64,000 nucleotides of DNA. Source: Candidatus Thalassarchaeaceae archaeon. GTDB taxonomy: Archaea; Thermoplasmatota; Poseidoniia; Poseidoniales; Thalassarchaeaceae. The stretch's first letter is position 1, and each line of letters opens with the position of its first letter. The stretch spans positions 137,971 through 201,970 of the forward strand of contig JASLKP010000001.1 of NCBI GenBank assembly GCA_030747485.1, read 5' to 3'. A program made the position numbers and the translations under genes. Positions 34,301 to 42,631 of this stretch are shown piece by piece. The notes under the pieces are model-generated. The model was not told where the DNA came from, made no database searches, and saw only the letters and a list, made by a program, of their open reading frames with translations.

Positions 34301-36015
34301 AGATGGCGTCGCTCAATAGCATCATTCGCACAATGTAAAGATGCATCAAACGCTATTGAAACAGGGATTGAACAACTGTAGCTACCTAGTAGCCTACTGA
34401 TTCTAATGTGTATTTCATCGCTATCTGTAGACAAATCAACATCCATTGCCGAACCATCATTTAGGATTGTATTCGTAGTCCATTCAGAGAATGTATCATC
34501 TGTCGAGTGCAGTAGAGTATCACCATCTCGAATTTCAATTGCAAAGATGGATTGATCAATTGCATCTAAACTGATGATATCGCGACCTACGAGGTGATCT
34601 TGGTCGAGTTCGCCTTCTGCGAGTTTGACTTCACGTACACCGTTTCCATGGGCAACTAAACCCCATTGGGAATCTAAAATGAGGATGTCCCGGACGGATT
34701 CGTCCTCCGCATCTTCAGGAGTCCATTTCCACCATTCTCCAGATGCATCCTGCAATGATAATCCAGCAGCAGTAGCATACCAGTCCCAGCCAGAAGATTG
34801 CTCAACTGAGGCAATGGATGATGATTTCAGACCTGACAAGTTAATTGATTCTTGGGCGATGTTGTACAAGGGCACCTGTAACATCTCAATGATGCTTGCA
34901 TCGATGTTGGTTTCATTGATGATTGCTGTAACATTGGCAACTTCACCCACTTCTAATTGACCCAGCCCCGAGGTTCGAGCGATGGCAATAGTGCCTTGCT
35001 GTGCATCGGATTCAACTGTCAGCCCAGCATCTTCTGCAATCAAAATTCCATTAAGTGTAGTTGTGATTTCTGACTGCAGGTTGTCATTGCCATCCCCTTT
35101 GACTGCGATGCCGATGTGATTGATGATATCCTGCTTCCCAGTGATTGACTGCGCTGCATGTAACGATGTGAAAATGAGAGGTTGGTTACTAGTCATATGT
35201 CCTGTAGATACATCTGTAATGATGGATTGGACTGTCAAATTGGTCGAATCTCGAATAATACCTTCCTCAAGATCAACATCCAACCAATGCACTTCCAGAA
35301 CATCACCTACACCTGCAGAGGCCGATTCAGCTAACTCTTGATTGATGACGACATTCCCCTCTAGGATGTCAGCATAACGAACACCATTGGCACCACCTAT
35401 TGGCGCAAAAATACCATCTGATGAACGATTTTCATCAAATGCATACCACACGACGGCAGGGTCACCCAAACTCTCAGCATCATTGAGGACTGATGCATAT
35501 AGTGAGAGACCTGGACGAACACCAATCACATCGTCTCTAGAACTCAGTTCATCGGATAGAGCATTCGCACGCGTTTGATTCCACTCCGTCCACAATCCAG
35601 TGACTGGATTTTCCCCCCGAATGTAGTAATCTGTATCTCCAAGTGGAGCAAGAAATTGCTGATCCATGGTTGAATCAAGGCTATCGCCAATCACTAACGA
35701 TGAGGATACAATGGCTGAACCAACCAGCAATCCAACGATGACCAAAGCGGAATTCCGTTTGCGTCGAGTGAGATTATTTCGAGCCATTGTTGCTAGGATT
35801 CGATGACGACTAGAGACAAGCCATTGGATACCAGTCCAAGCGACGAATCCGCCAATTGCTGAAAGTCCAATCGAGGTAAGAATGCGTCCCATTGACCAAT
35901 CATTTTCGTCAGACTGCGCGCCGAATGAAAAATATGCGACGATGGTAAGACAAGCAAGTCCTGAGCCCGCAGTAGCCGCTTTTCGTGGCCAAGACCAGGG
36001 ACCAGTCAGAGACAT
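31384..36015 (-). CDS. Giant (1,543 aa) MacB/FtsX-family ABC transporter permease with two FtsX modules and a first extracytoplasmic domain of about 735 aa
   Basis: TM1 has the canonical context ARNNLTRRKRNSALVIVGLLVGSAIV. The two FtsX cores are ...ADERKPEMGMARAIGMQRSDLRTLFVQEGALLG... and ...VSERQHQIGILRALGFQRSMVVSSFLIE.... A GGGGGT sequence lies 6 nt upstream of the ATG, directly after the ATPase stop. Confidence 0.85.
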   Translation of the reverse strand: MSLTGPWSWPRKAATAGSGLACLTIVAYFSFGAQSDENDWSMGRILTSIGLSAIGGFVAWTGIQWLVSSRHRILATMARNNLTRRKRNSALVIVGLLVGSAIVSSSLVIGDSLDSTMDQQFLAPLGDTDYYIRGENPVTGLWTEWNQTRANALSDELSSRDDVIGVRPGLSLYASVLNDAESLGDPAVVWYAFDENRSSDGIFAPIGGANGVRYADILEGNVVINQELAESASAGVGDVLEVHWLDVDLEEGIIRDSTNLTVQSIITDVSTGHMTSNQPLIFTSLHAAQSITGKQDIINHIGIAVKGDGNDNLQSEITTTLNGILIAEDAGLTVESDAQQGTIAIARTSGLGQLEVGEVANVTAIINETNIDASIIEMLQVPLYNIAQESINLSGLKSSSIASVEQSSGWDWYATAAGLSLQDASGEWWKWTPEDAEDESVRDILILDSQWGLVAHGNGVREVKLAEGELDQDHLVGRDIISLDAIDQSIFAIEIRDGDTLLHSTDDTFSEWTTNTILNDGSAMDVDLSTDSDEIHIRISRLLGSYSCSIPVSIAFDASLHCANDAIERRHLFSHGHSSWIDDGQTLQLLDNNILLSAWSLGLPNGTLWASHENALWIENEGLWSWNGTSFNPLSQTIPTTVSSIDASLSLESNRLIVTTGNGVAISDENTLSGRIPSEIKIDALNRVPLTVIALSGEYTMGLPSPSEGHIHVSSWAGQTLDLEVEESILLRGYLPAIRGLLDGEVLIVDDANLSVPSPPGQPSFDAITFGVVSMADAEKLAASDSGDRTFVLIGGQTLLNTSNFTQMEAAVLVWSDEQADLQSANLRVDEIKLIMIENKEIISESFSMLFLIFGTFVIFAGILLVINIFVMLADERKPEMGMARAIGMQRSDLRTLFVQEGALLGLISSACGSILGIGVAWVLMQFMDVAFSDAFSLAVTFDWTLQSLLAGFATGFLVTWSTLWFTSLWISRLNVVAAIRSIPTRFKGGLPWWSILITLFLGFSALACFGLAFLAGSPIDGTRHAWWLLGGFLLMFAATPPLFWVLGLILPEDIQFRSVRLHRPVLLPRLVPTILGISMIFWGWNGDPISSDWEQGPYSFIILGLFLVAAGVLLLTSLAPVAARFVSRLLAPVSRRIASVLPTSLAYPLATPFRTALTMGMFSIVVFAVVVLSGYSALFGNYITELGEEAGGDYEIIAIGSDLDDDLIHWDLGNYSVEDFDSISFISSGAVQAERVDGESESLLVSIRGFDENFSNHGGLSLQYWAEEIGTPDDVWNRVMSDESLIIVDHSLSPSEIGGVDTAPTLNLRVGDAIVISDPFNNGVNRTVYVAGIMTSESSLFMSGIYMSSSLAEERFDAETNVVWFSVPDGTPADTQEAIANEIERGMIEDGVSVIVIEVVFAKTQSFFMSMFNLLQAFLALGLAVGIAGLAVVTVRNVSERQHQIGILRALGFQRSMVVSSFLIELSWVSFLGILNGAVVGIGFHYALYDRFLREEGASFLMPWAEISMIVVGAYALTLLATVWPVLKAASIKPAEALRDVE

Positions 36016-36027
36016 TGTAGGACCCCC

Positions 36028-36723
36028 TTATTCCTCTTCATTCCGATTGTCTTCGACGATTCGTCCATCACGCATGACAAGAACACGCGTACACCTAGAA
36101 GCCACTTCAGCATCATGAGTGACGAGTACCATCGTCACGCCGCGTTCTCGATTTAATTTCTGTAGCAAATCTAGAATCTCATTTTGAGTCTTACTATCTA
36201 AGTTACCTGTCGCTTCGTCAGCAAGGATGACTGCGGGGCTGTGAACAAAGGAACGAGCGATGGTAACACGCTGCTGTTGACCACCGGAAAGTTCCGCTGG
36301 CAAATGACCTGCACGATCCTCTAAACCCACTGCTTCAAGGGCTTCAAGTGCTGATTTACGTGCATCTTTGGGGGACTGCCCCGCCATCAATAATGGCAAT
36401 TCGACATTTTCGACTGCTGTCAAGACAGGTAACAGATTGAATGATTGGAAAATAAAGCCTAACCTCTCCCCTCGAATATGGGTCAAATCCCAATCATTCA
36501 TTCCAGACAAGGCTTGACCATTGACAAGGACCTCTCCCGATGTGATTTCATCCAAGCCAGACAGGCAATTCAACAGAGTTGTTTTTCCACAACCACTGGG
36601 CCCCATGACAGCGACCATCTCTCCTTCGGAGAGAACAACACTGACTTTGCGCAGAGCTTCAACACGATTCGTGCCTGTTTCGTAGACTTTCCATAAGTCT
36701 CGGGCTTCGAGTACGGCGGGCAT
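36028..36723 (-). CDS. ABC transporter ATP-binding protein (MacB/LolD-type)
   Basis: Begins MPAVLEARDLWKVY. Carries Walker A GPSGCGKTT, the signature LSGGQQQRVTIARS and Walker B ILADEATGNLD. The start is placed at the ATG at 36723, because the track's upstream extension to 36804 has no support. Confidence 0.9.
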   Translation of the reverse strand: MPAVLEARDLWKVYETGTNRVEALRKVSVVLSEGEMVAVMGPSGCGKTTLLNCLSGLDEITSGEVLVNGQALSGMNDWDLTHIRGERLGFIFQSFNLLPVLTAVENVELPLLMAGQSPKDARKSALEALEAVGLEDRAGHLPAELSGGQQQRVTIARSFVHSPAVILADEATGNLDSKTQNEILDLLQKLNRERGVTMVLVTHDAEVASRCTRVLVMRDGRIVEDNRNEEE

Positions 36724-36789
36724 AGCAACTAGTGAGCGGCGCAGGGATATAACAGCCCGGACGCGTAGGGCCGCTGGAGGAGATGAGGT

Positions 36790-37017
36790 GTGGACACATA
36801 TCAAATAACCCTATTCGGGCCACTGCGGGAACGTTTTGGTGCGAATAAGTTAAATTATTCGCATCCAAGTAGCAATACAGTACGTTCTCTTCTTGAATCG
36901 TTAGACATTGAGCCAGATTTGGTCAAAGTTGCATTGGATGGTGTAATCTCAGAACTAGATCAAGAATTGGGAAATACATCCGAAATTGCGATTCTACCTC
37001 CCGTATCTGGTGGTTGA
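36790..37017 (+). CDS. MoaD/ThiS-family ubiquitin-like small protein (SAMP-like), ending in Gly-Gly
   Basis: 75-aa ORF with a GTG start. The C-terminus ...EIAILPPVSGG* is typical of MoaD/SAMP beta-grasp sulfur carriers and modifiers. Confidence 0.7.
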   Translation: MDTYQITLFGPLRERFGANKLNYSHPSSNTVRSLLESLDIEPDLVKVALDGVISELDQELGNTSEIAILPPVSGG

Positions 37018-37093
37018 ACATTCGGTATTTCACAGGAGGTTCTAGCCGTAACGTTGAATGGCGTGACCCTCACGTCGCCCGTTTGGTGAACAA

Positions 37094-37372
37094 ATGCCTC
37101 TTGGAACCCCAGAAATAACCATCTTACTCGTCATCTTCTTCCTTCTTTTCGGTGCAGAACGACTTCCGAAGTTAGCACGGGCACTCGGACAAGCCAAAGG
37201 GGAGTTCAACGAGGGACTCAAAGATTTGAAGGAAGCCGGCACAGATACTGAAGATGATTTGGAACGTGGTGGTCGCACTGAATCTGTTGCAATTGCAGAG
37301 AAGGCTGAAGATGCAGGTGTCGAAATCGAAGGGAAAACACCAGACGAAGTTGCCAATGAAAGTGATGAATAA
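37094..37372 (+). CDS. tatA: Twin-arginine translocase subunit TatA/E
   Basis: Begins MPLGTPEITILLVIFFLLFGAERLPKLARALGQAKGEF, the canonical TatA TM helix, hinge and amphipathic helix. An acidic tail follows. Confidence 0.85.
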   Translation: MPLGTPEITILLVIFFLLFGAERLPKLARALGQAKGEFNEGLKDLKEAGTDTEDDLERGGRTESVAIAEKAEDAGVEIEGKTPDEVANESDE

Positions 37373-37405
37373 TTCAATTGGGTTTTTCAATTTTCCAATT
37401 GAAAA

Positions 37406-37894
37406 CTATTGTCGTCTTAATCGCATCTTTGAGCCGCAATCTGGACAAGTTCCATGATTATCTTTATTGGAAGATATTGCCCCTGGAAACACTCTCTTAC
37501 AACCACGGCATTCCAAGTGATGCTTGCGTACTTCAGTCACCCCATCCTGAATGACGCCACGCCAAGGATGGTCAATGTAAGAACAGATATTTTGCAATCG
37601 ATAATCATCGGTCACCAATGGAAGTTGTTTGTCTAGGGCCAATGCTAACACATCTAGATCCACGTTTGACAATCCAGAGATGTCGCCTGTTGCACTGGCA
37701 GCATCCTTTGCCTGTGCCAATGCATCAGCAGATACAGATTCAAAACAAGGGCCCTGTGACTCAAATAATTGTGCCCGAACAGGGTCATGTGTCTCAATTT
37801 CAGACATTTGACTGTGGGCACAAAAACCACCCACAAGGGCATCCAATGGCCATTCAAGAAGGGCCGCAGTATCCAATACTCCCGCTCCGGTCAT
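37406..37894 (-). CDS. nob1: Nob1-like endonuclease (PIN domain plus C-terminal zinc ribbon)
   Basis: 162 aa. The N-terminal part is PIN-like (VLDTAALL...LVTDDYRLQN). The C-terminal part is C-x2-C...C-x2-C (CRGCKRVF...CPDCGSKM). Confidence 0.7.
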   Translation of the reverse strand: MTGAGVLDTAALLEWPLDALVGGFCAHSQMSEIETHDPVRAQLFESQGPCFESVSADALAQAKDAASATGDISGLSNVDLDVLALALDKQLPLVTDDYRLQNICSYIDHPWRGVIQDGVTEVRKHHLECRGCKRVFPGAISSNKDNHGTCPDCGSKMRLRRQ

Positions 37895-38027
37895 GCATCA
37901 AGGCCATCGCGCCCCCGCATAGCCATGTCGGTTCGTACGATTGTTGCGACGAAGATGGGAAAGGGTCATCCCTTGGACAATGCGCCTCGGTTGTATGGGC
38001 CTACTACCTGGAGCATTCTGGGATAAG

Positions 38028-38633
38028 ATGAATCAGTTCGTAAATTGGGCTGATTCGCTTGGCCTGACGGGGTTAGGCATTCTTTCATTCACAGAAGCGA
38101 TTGCACAACCAATCCCACCGGAAGCTCTCACCCTTCCAATGTTCATCTCTGCGCAAGGAACTCCGCACATGATTTTCATGATTTGGCTTGTCGCGACCCT
38201 GTCAAGCGTTGCAGGAGCAGTGGTGGCTTGGTGGCTTGGAAAGAAATTGGGGCGTAACTTGGCAGATCGATTCATCGACCAACACCATGTCAACAGACTT
38301 GACGTGTTAACCAGACGATATGGCGAAACAGGTGTATTCATCGCAGCACTATCTCCAATCCCATACAAGGTCCTCGGATGGGTTGCTGGAATGGGCGATA
38401 TGAATCGTCAGAAATTCATTGCAGCCGGACTTCTTGGCCGAGGCCTGCGCTTTGGAATCGAAGCGGTGGCGATTGGTATCTGGGGTAAAGAATTACTTTC
38501 AGCACTTGAAAATCCATGGACATGGTTGATTGTGACATTGCTTGCAATTGGTGTACTAATACCCGGGAAAATATGGTGGGATAGTCTGCTTGATGATGAG
38601 GTTTTCAGTCCGCCTCAAGATGAAGAGGAATAA
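38028..38633 (+). CDS. DedA/VTT (SNARE-associated, YqaA-like) family membrane protein
   Basis: LGILSFTEAIAQPIPPEALTLPM is followed by several TM helices and the segment FIAALSPIPYKVLGWVAGM. The start is set at the ATG at 38028 (MNQFVNW), because the upstream extension in the track is unsupported. Confidence 0.7.
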   Translation: MNQFVNWADSLGLTGLGILSFTEAIAQPIPPEALTLPMFISAQGTPHMIFMIWLVATLSSVAGAVVAWWLGKKLGRNLADRFIDQHHVNRLDVLTRRYGETGVFIAALSPIPYKVLGWVAGMGDMNRQKFIAAGLLGRGLRFGIEAVAIGIWGKELLSALENPWTWLIVTLLAIGVLIPGKIWWDSLLDDEVFSPPQDEEE

Positions 38634-38673
38634 CCGCACGCTTCATCAACTGGATTCACAGGCGACAGTCTGC

Positions 38674-38748
38674 GCTCGCGTGGTGTAGCTCGGCCCATCA
38701 TGGTGGGTTTTCATCCCGCTGACTCGGGTTCGAATCCCGACGCGAGCA
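38674..38748 (+). tRNA. tRNA-Glu (anticodon UUC)
   Basis: I folded it by hand. The acceptor stem is GCTCGCG/CGCGAGC, and the D-arm is GTGT...TCAT, as in archaeal tRNA-Glu. The anticodon stem is GTGGG/CCCGC with loop TTTTCAT. The T-arm is TCGGG-TTCGAAT-CCCGA, and the discriminator is A. A T-rich tract follows. Confidence 0.9.
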
Positions 38749-38819
38749 CCTAAAAGGGACACTGGGGGCATGTTTTGTTTTCAAATCGGTCGCGATGTTT
38801 GAAAGCAAGATAGAGTTAA

Positions 38820-39596
38820 TCAATTCCGATCTCTATACGATGCTAGCATTCCACTCAGCACGACTCCCAGTGCAATTCCGACGTAAATCCCCTGTGTATG
38901 GGCACCTTCTCCAGCAAGATCTCTGAAAGCAAATGCGAAGGCGACTGTAATGGGAGTTCCTAAGAAAATGAATCGTAGTAACCAACGCACAGGTGTCGGT
39001 GCTTTGCCAATTGGCCGCAATGTCAGAGATCCTTTCTTCAGTAATATTTCCCAATCCAATTGACTCTCGACTTGTCGGAGTCTCTCGATTACAACTGGAC
39101 GAATCTTGGGGGCACCTTTCGAATTTAGCCCACGTCCAGTGACAATCCGAATTCGGCCGACCCACTCGCGTGATTCAATGATTCGTTCCACGACATTTTG
39201 TGCCAACGTGACATCTAAATCGTGTAAATCAACAGTTAATGTCCCCCGGTCAACCCGAACATGACTGGTAGTTGTCCAAGGGCGTTCATTCCACCATGGA
39301 AGATTTGAGGCACTATCCTCTATGGGCATCAACGACATCTGTAATCGAGCAACAGGATCCACAGATATGACTTCATCAGACAAACGACGGTTTCGTTCAA
39401 CATACCGAACAGAGGTATAGGATAGAATCACCACAATCGCAGTTGAACCCGCCATTGCGCCAGTACGCAATGATGCACTCAAGTTGTCGACGTTCATTCC
39501 AGTGGCAAAGATATGCAAGAAGAATGTCATCGTACCAACCATGATGCCGAGGACTCCCGACAACACGAACAGGTCTTTGACCCGTAATTCGACCAT
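38820..39596 (-). CDS. Membrane protein with a central Smr (small MutS-related) domain
   Basis: N-terminal TM helices are followed by an Smr-like core (TVDLHDLDVTLAQNVVERII...IRIVTGRGLNSKG...VIERL) and C-terminal TM helices. The start is set at the ATG at 39596. Confidence 0.65.
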   Translation of the reverse strand: MVELRVKDLFVLSGVLGIMVGTMTFFLHIFATGMNVDNLSASLRTGAMAGSTAIVVILSYTSVRYVERNRRLSDEVISVDPVARLQMSLMPIEDSASNLPWWNERPWTTTSHVRVDRGTLTVDLHDLDVTLAQNVVERIIESREWVGRIRIVTGRGLNSKGAPKIRPVVIERLRQVESQLDWEILLKKGSLTLRPIGKAPTPVRWLLRFIFLGTPITVAFAFAFRDLAGEGAHTQGIYVGIALGVVLSGMLASYRDRN

Positions 39597-39638
39597 GTGT
39601 CCTACGAAGACCTTCACGCTATCAATGGGACGGACAAA

Positions 39639-40469
39639 ATGAGTGACCGAAGTACATTAGTGCATGAGCCATTACACGCGGTCATGGACGAAGTCATGCG
39701 TAATGGCCTGACTGACCGAACACGTGAACAAAAAATTGGGCGATGGGTCGCAGTAATCTGCGGATTTTACTTGATTTCCTGCTTCCTTGTACCTGCAATG
39801 ATGCCAACAGGTAGTGTACCCGAATTGTCAGGAAGAGCCAACATGCTCGACTATGCGACTGATGATGATTGGGGCAACAAGAATCATTCAGATAATGGTG
39901 AAATTGGACACGATCAAGGTGCTCACGGCGGGACATTCTCATGGATGGAATTGAATCCATATTTCGGCTTCATCTATGCTTTCGGCGATTTGAATTGCCA
40001 TCAAAAACACGAACGTTCGTGGACTGTGAATGAGAATCAAATGCCCGTTTGCGCACGTGATGTAGGCATCTTTCTTGGATTGACACTTGGTGCATGGTGG
40101 TTCTCTAGAAGAGGATACAATCGGTGGACATTGCGTGACACATTCTTGACATTGCTACCCGATGAACGAATTGAATCATTGTATCTGGTTGACAGGCGGA
40201 TGAAAGCCATGCTACTGATTGGTTTTGCGATGTGTTTACCCGTCATCTTGGACGGGGGAATTCAAGCAATAACATCGTATGAATCGAACAATCCACTACG
40301 GTTGACAACAGGTGTACCATTTGGATTCATCATCTCATGGTTACTCACCTCCAGTCTCGCATCGAGACCCGCAAAATTCGACGGTGATGCAAGTCGCGTC
40401 ATACTACCAGCAGGTGCGCATCTGATGGCCCCCCTAAAGCCGATTGACGTGGCCGGAGAAAGCGAATGA
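39639..40469 (+). CDS. DUF2085-like integral membrane protein
   Basis: The Cys/His motif FGDLNCHQKHERSW...MPVCARDVGIFLG, flanked by TM helices, matches the DUF2085 pattern as I remember it. The start is set at the ATG at 39639. Confidence 0.55.
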   Translation: MSDRSTLVHEPLHAVMDEVMRNGLTDRTREQKIGRWVAVICGFYLISCFLVPAMMPTGSVPELSGRANMLDYATDDDWGNKNHSDNGEIGHDQGAHGGTFSWMELNPYFGFIYAFGDLNCHQKHERSWTVNENQMPVCARDVGIFLGLTLGAWWFSRRGYNRWTLRDTFLTLLPDERIESLYLVDRRMKAMLLIGFAMCLPVILDGGIQAITSYESNNPLRLTTGVPFGFIISWLLTSSLASRPAKFDGDASRVILPAGAHLMAPLKPIDVAGESE

Positions 40470-40473
40470 TTCG

Positions 40474-41865
40474 TTAGGCACCTGAATGCCACCAATCGAG
40501 TAAACCTTGTCGAGTATCTGGTGGTGCAACTCCATCTTTACCTGAGCCTAACAATGCAAGTCGGGCCAAGCATGCATCCATTTGTTCTGCACGCTGTGGA
40601 GTTGGACGTGAGCCCGTAATTGCATTCAGTGCGTGTTTCCACGAAGTGGTTGAGTGGGATCGCCTCCATTCTGAAAGGGCGTCCTTCAACGGCCATAGTG
40701 CGATTCCAATGCGTCCAAATGCCTGCCAATCAGGACGTAATTCGGAACGTGAGGCCTCACTTCCAACAAGTGGACGGTGGACACGCACCCATCCTGATTG
40801 CTCGTGGAAAATTTTCACCATACGCCGAGTATGTCTTTCTGTAACCATTCGAACTGGACCTAGCCATCCACGCAATTCGTGAATCTCAACACCAGGCAGG
40901 AGTGAAAGAGTACCTACGATGGCAAGAACTGGGTGGCTGAGTGGGTCTAGAGGCGCATCGAGACGAGAGGGGGCATCTGATGCCTGTATGGCATCGACGT
41001 ACATCTTTGTTGAATCCCGAACCACTTCCCATGGCATTCGGGAGTCAAGCCAATCCAGATTGCTTCGTGCTGGTCGTGATTCGACAACATCGAGTGTTGT
41101 TTGACCACGTTGTGAGACCAAGGCCCGCCCTAGCATATGGAGCTCAACCTCTTCTGTTGAGACATTCATCGGAATGGGGCGCTCATGTAGGAATCGACGG
41201 ATTTCATGCTGCAATTTCTTCTTCAAATCATCCTTGGTCCCATCATTGATGATCGGGCCGATAACACGACCTTGATCAAACGGTTCTGGCATGGGTACAT
41301 CGCCACCAAGTAACGCATGGTATCCTGCTCGAATTTGAACTTGATATTCATCTGTTTCAAAGTATTCTTGCTTGTCCAAAGTAGACAATCGGAGAGTGCC
41401 ATGTTCAATACGTCGTAATGCGGCACCTGGGTCACAATCAACCCATACACAAAGATCTGGAATCATAGCAGCTGCGTTCATTCTGGCCACTTCTTCAATA
41501 CCCAAATCACCCACTACACCCTGATAAACGAGTGAAGAGTGGACATTTCGTTCACTCACTACAACGCGGCCTTTTGATAACCTTGGACGAATCCAAGTAT
41601 GAGAATGATCCATTCGATCGGCTGCAAAATAAACGGCTTCTCTAGTCGGACCAGCTTCACCAGTTCGAACGGCCTCTACTGCAAGTAATCCCAATTCTGC
41701 ATCGCGTCGAGGTTCTGCAGTTACATCAACCCCCGAGAAGGTGAATTCCTGTTCCAATATTTCTGCAATCATTTTGGTAGCAAGGCCTTTTCCAGAACCA
41801 TCGCCACCTTCTACTGTGATGAGATACAAATGGCCACCACCCTCAATCCTCATCGGATTCGACAT
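40474..41865 (-). CDS. Thymidylate-kinase-like P-loop kinase fused to an uncharacterised C-terminal domain of about 270 aa
   Basis: The P-loop is VEGGDGSGKG. Tmk-like FAADRMDHS and ERNVHSSLVYQG motifs are present. The C-terminal half has no motif I recognise. The start at 41865 or 41853 overlaps the upstream gene's end. Confidence 0.65.
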   Translation of the reverse strand: MSNPMRIEGGGHLYLITVEGGDGSGKGLATKMIAEILEQEFTFSGVDVTAEPRRDAELGLLAVEAVRTGEAGPTREAVYFAADRMDHSHTWIRPRLSKGRVVVSERNVHSSLVYQGVVGDLGIEEVARMNAAAMIPDLCVWVDCDPGAALRRIEHGTLRLSTLDKQEYFETDEYQVQIRAGYHALLGGDVPMPEPFDQGRVIGPIINDGTKDDLKKKLQHEIRRFLHERPIPMNVSTEEVELHMLGRALVSQRGQTTLDVVESRPARSNLDWLDSRMPWEVVRDSTKMYVDAIQASDAPSRLDAPLDPLSHPVLAIVGTLSLLPGVEIHELRGWLGPVRMVTERHTRRMVKIFHEQSGWVRVHRPLVGSEASRSELRPDWQAFGRIGIALWPLKDALSEWRRSHSTTSWKHALNAITGSRPTPQRAEQMDACLARLALLGSGKDGVAPPDTRQGLLDWWHSGA

Positions 41866-42631
41866 CAGCGAATTGGTGCTTGGTTCCCGATAACATCCCC
41901 ATGCCAGCAAGGATGAGTAATGGTCCGATGAAGATACCTCCTCGACTGAAGAGGGCAAATCCGCACAAGTACTGACATCTTCGATAGTGTTGACCACGTT
42001 TAATTTCGGCGGCTCCAATCAATCCAAGAAGAGCAGAAATGACGGTGAATCCAGAGATGATTGAAGCGAGTAATACCGCATCATCCAGATGACTATTTCG
42101 TCGCCAATCCTCCTCGATTATGCCGTCACCAGGAGACAATGTGAGAAGTAAATCAGCCTGATCCCCGGGATTGAATGTGATGTGTAATGTATGATTTCCA
42201 GGATAGGTTGCTTGGAGAATTAACGATTCAGATGGGATGTCAATCAAACTGAAACGACCATCTCGATTGGTTGAAGTTTCATGGAGTGTGGATTGACCAT
42301 TCAATTCCAAAATGGTGATTTGGACATTTTCAACGGGCTCACCACCAGTCAAATTCGCCTCATCTAATGCTGACAAAACTTGTCCATTCACAGATTCCTG
42401 TTCGTCACTTGTAAATAGAGCACTATTCAGAACGTCCTCTGGACTTGCAGAGAATAACAAAATGCCAAACCATAGACCCAATAATGAACCGACAATGATC
42501 AATCCCATCGATACACTGCGGACCCATTCTAAATCCTCATTTTCAGCCATTTCACGAAAAGATCTCTCGGCCCTAGATACCTCATCATCGGAGTCTATGC
42601 TGACGACCAAATCATCTTCATCAATCGCCAT
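41843..42631 (-). CDS. Membrane protein with a carboxypeptidase-regulatory-like (CarboxypepD_reg-type) beta-sandwich between TM helices
   Basis: One TM helix is followed by NVQITILELNGQSTLHETSTNRDGRFSLIDIP, a typical CarboxypepD_reg pattern, and then by two or three more TM helices. The call rests on this single weak motif. Confidence 0.5.
   Translation of the reverse strand: MAIDEDDLVVSIDSDDEVSRAERSFREMAENEDLEWVRSVSMGLIIVGSLLGLWFGILLFSASPEDVLNSALFTSDEQESVNGQVLSALDEANLTGGEPVENVQITILELNGQSTLHETSTNRDGRFSLIDIPSESLILQATYPGNHTLHITFNPGDQADLLLTLSPGDGIIEEDWRRNSHLDDAVLLASIISGFTVISALLGLIGAAEIKRGQHYRRCQYLCGFALFSRGGIFIGPLLILAGMGMLSGTKHQFADVESDED

Noticed and set aside
37042-37377. Minus-strand 111-aa ORF and other small ORFs overlapping tatA
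   Set aside because: It is antisense to a canonical TatA sequence, Ser/Pro-rich, and has no motif.
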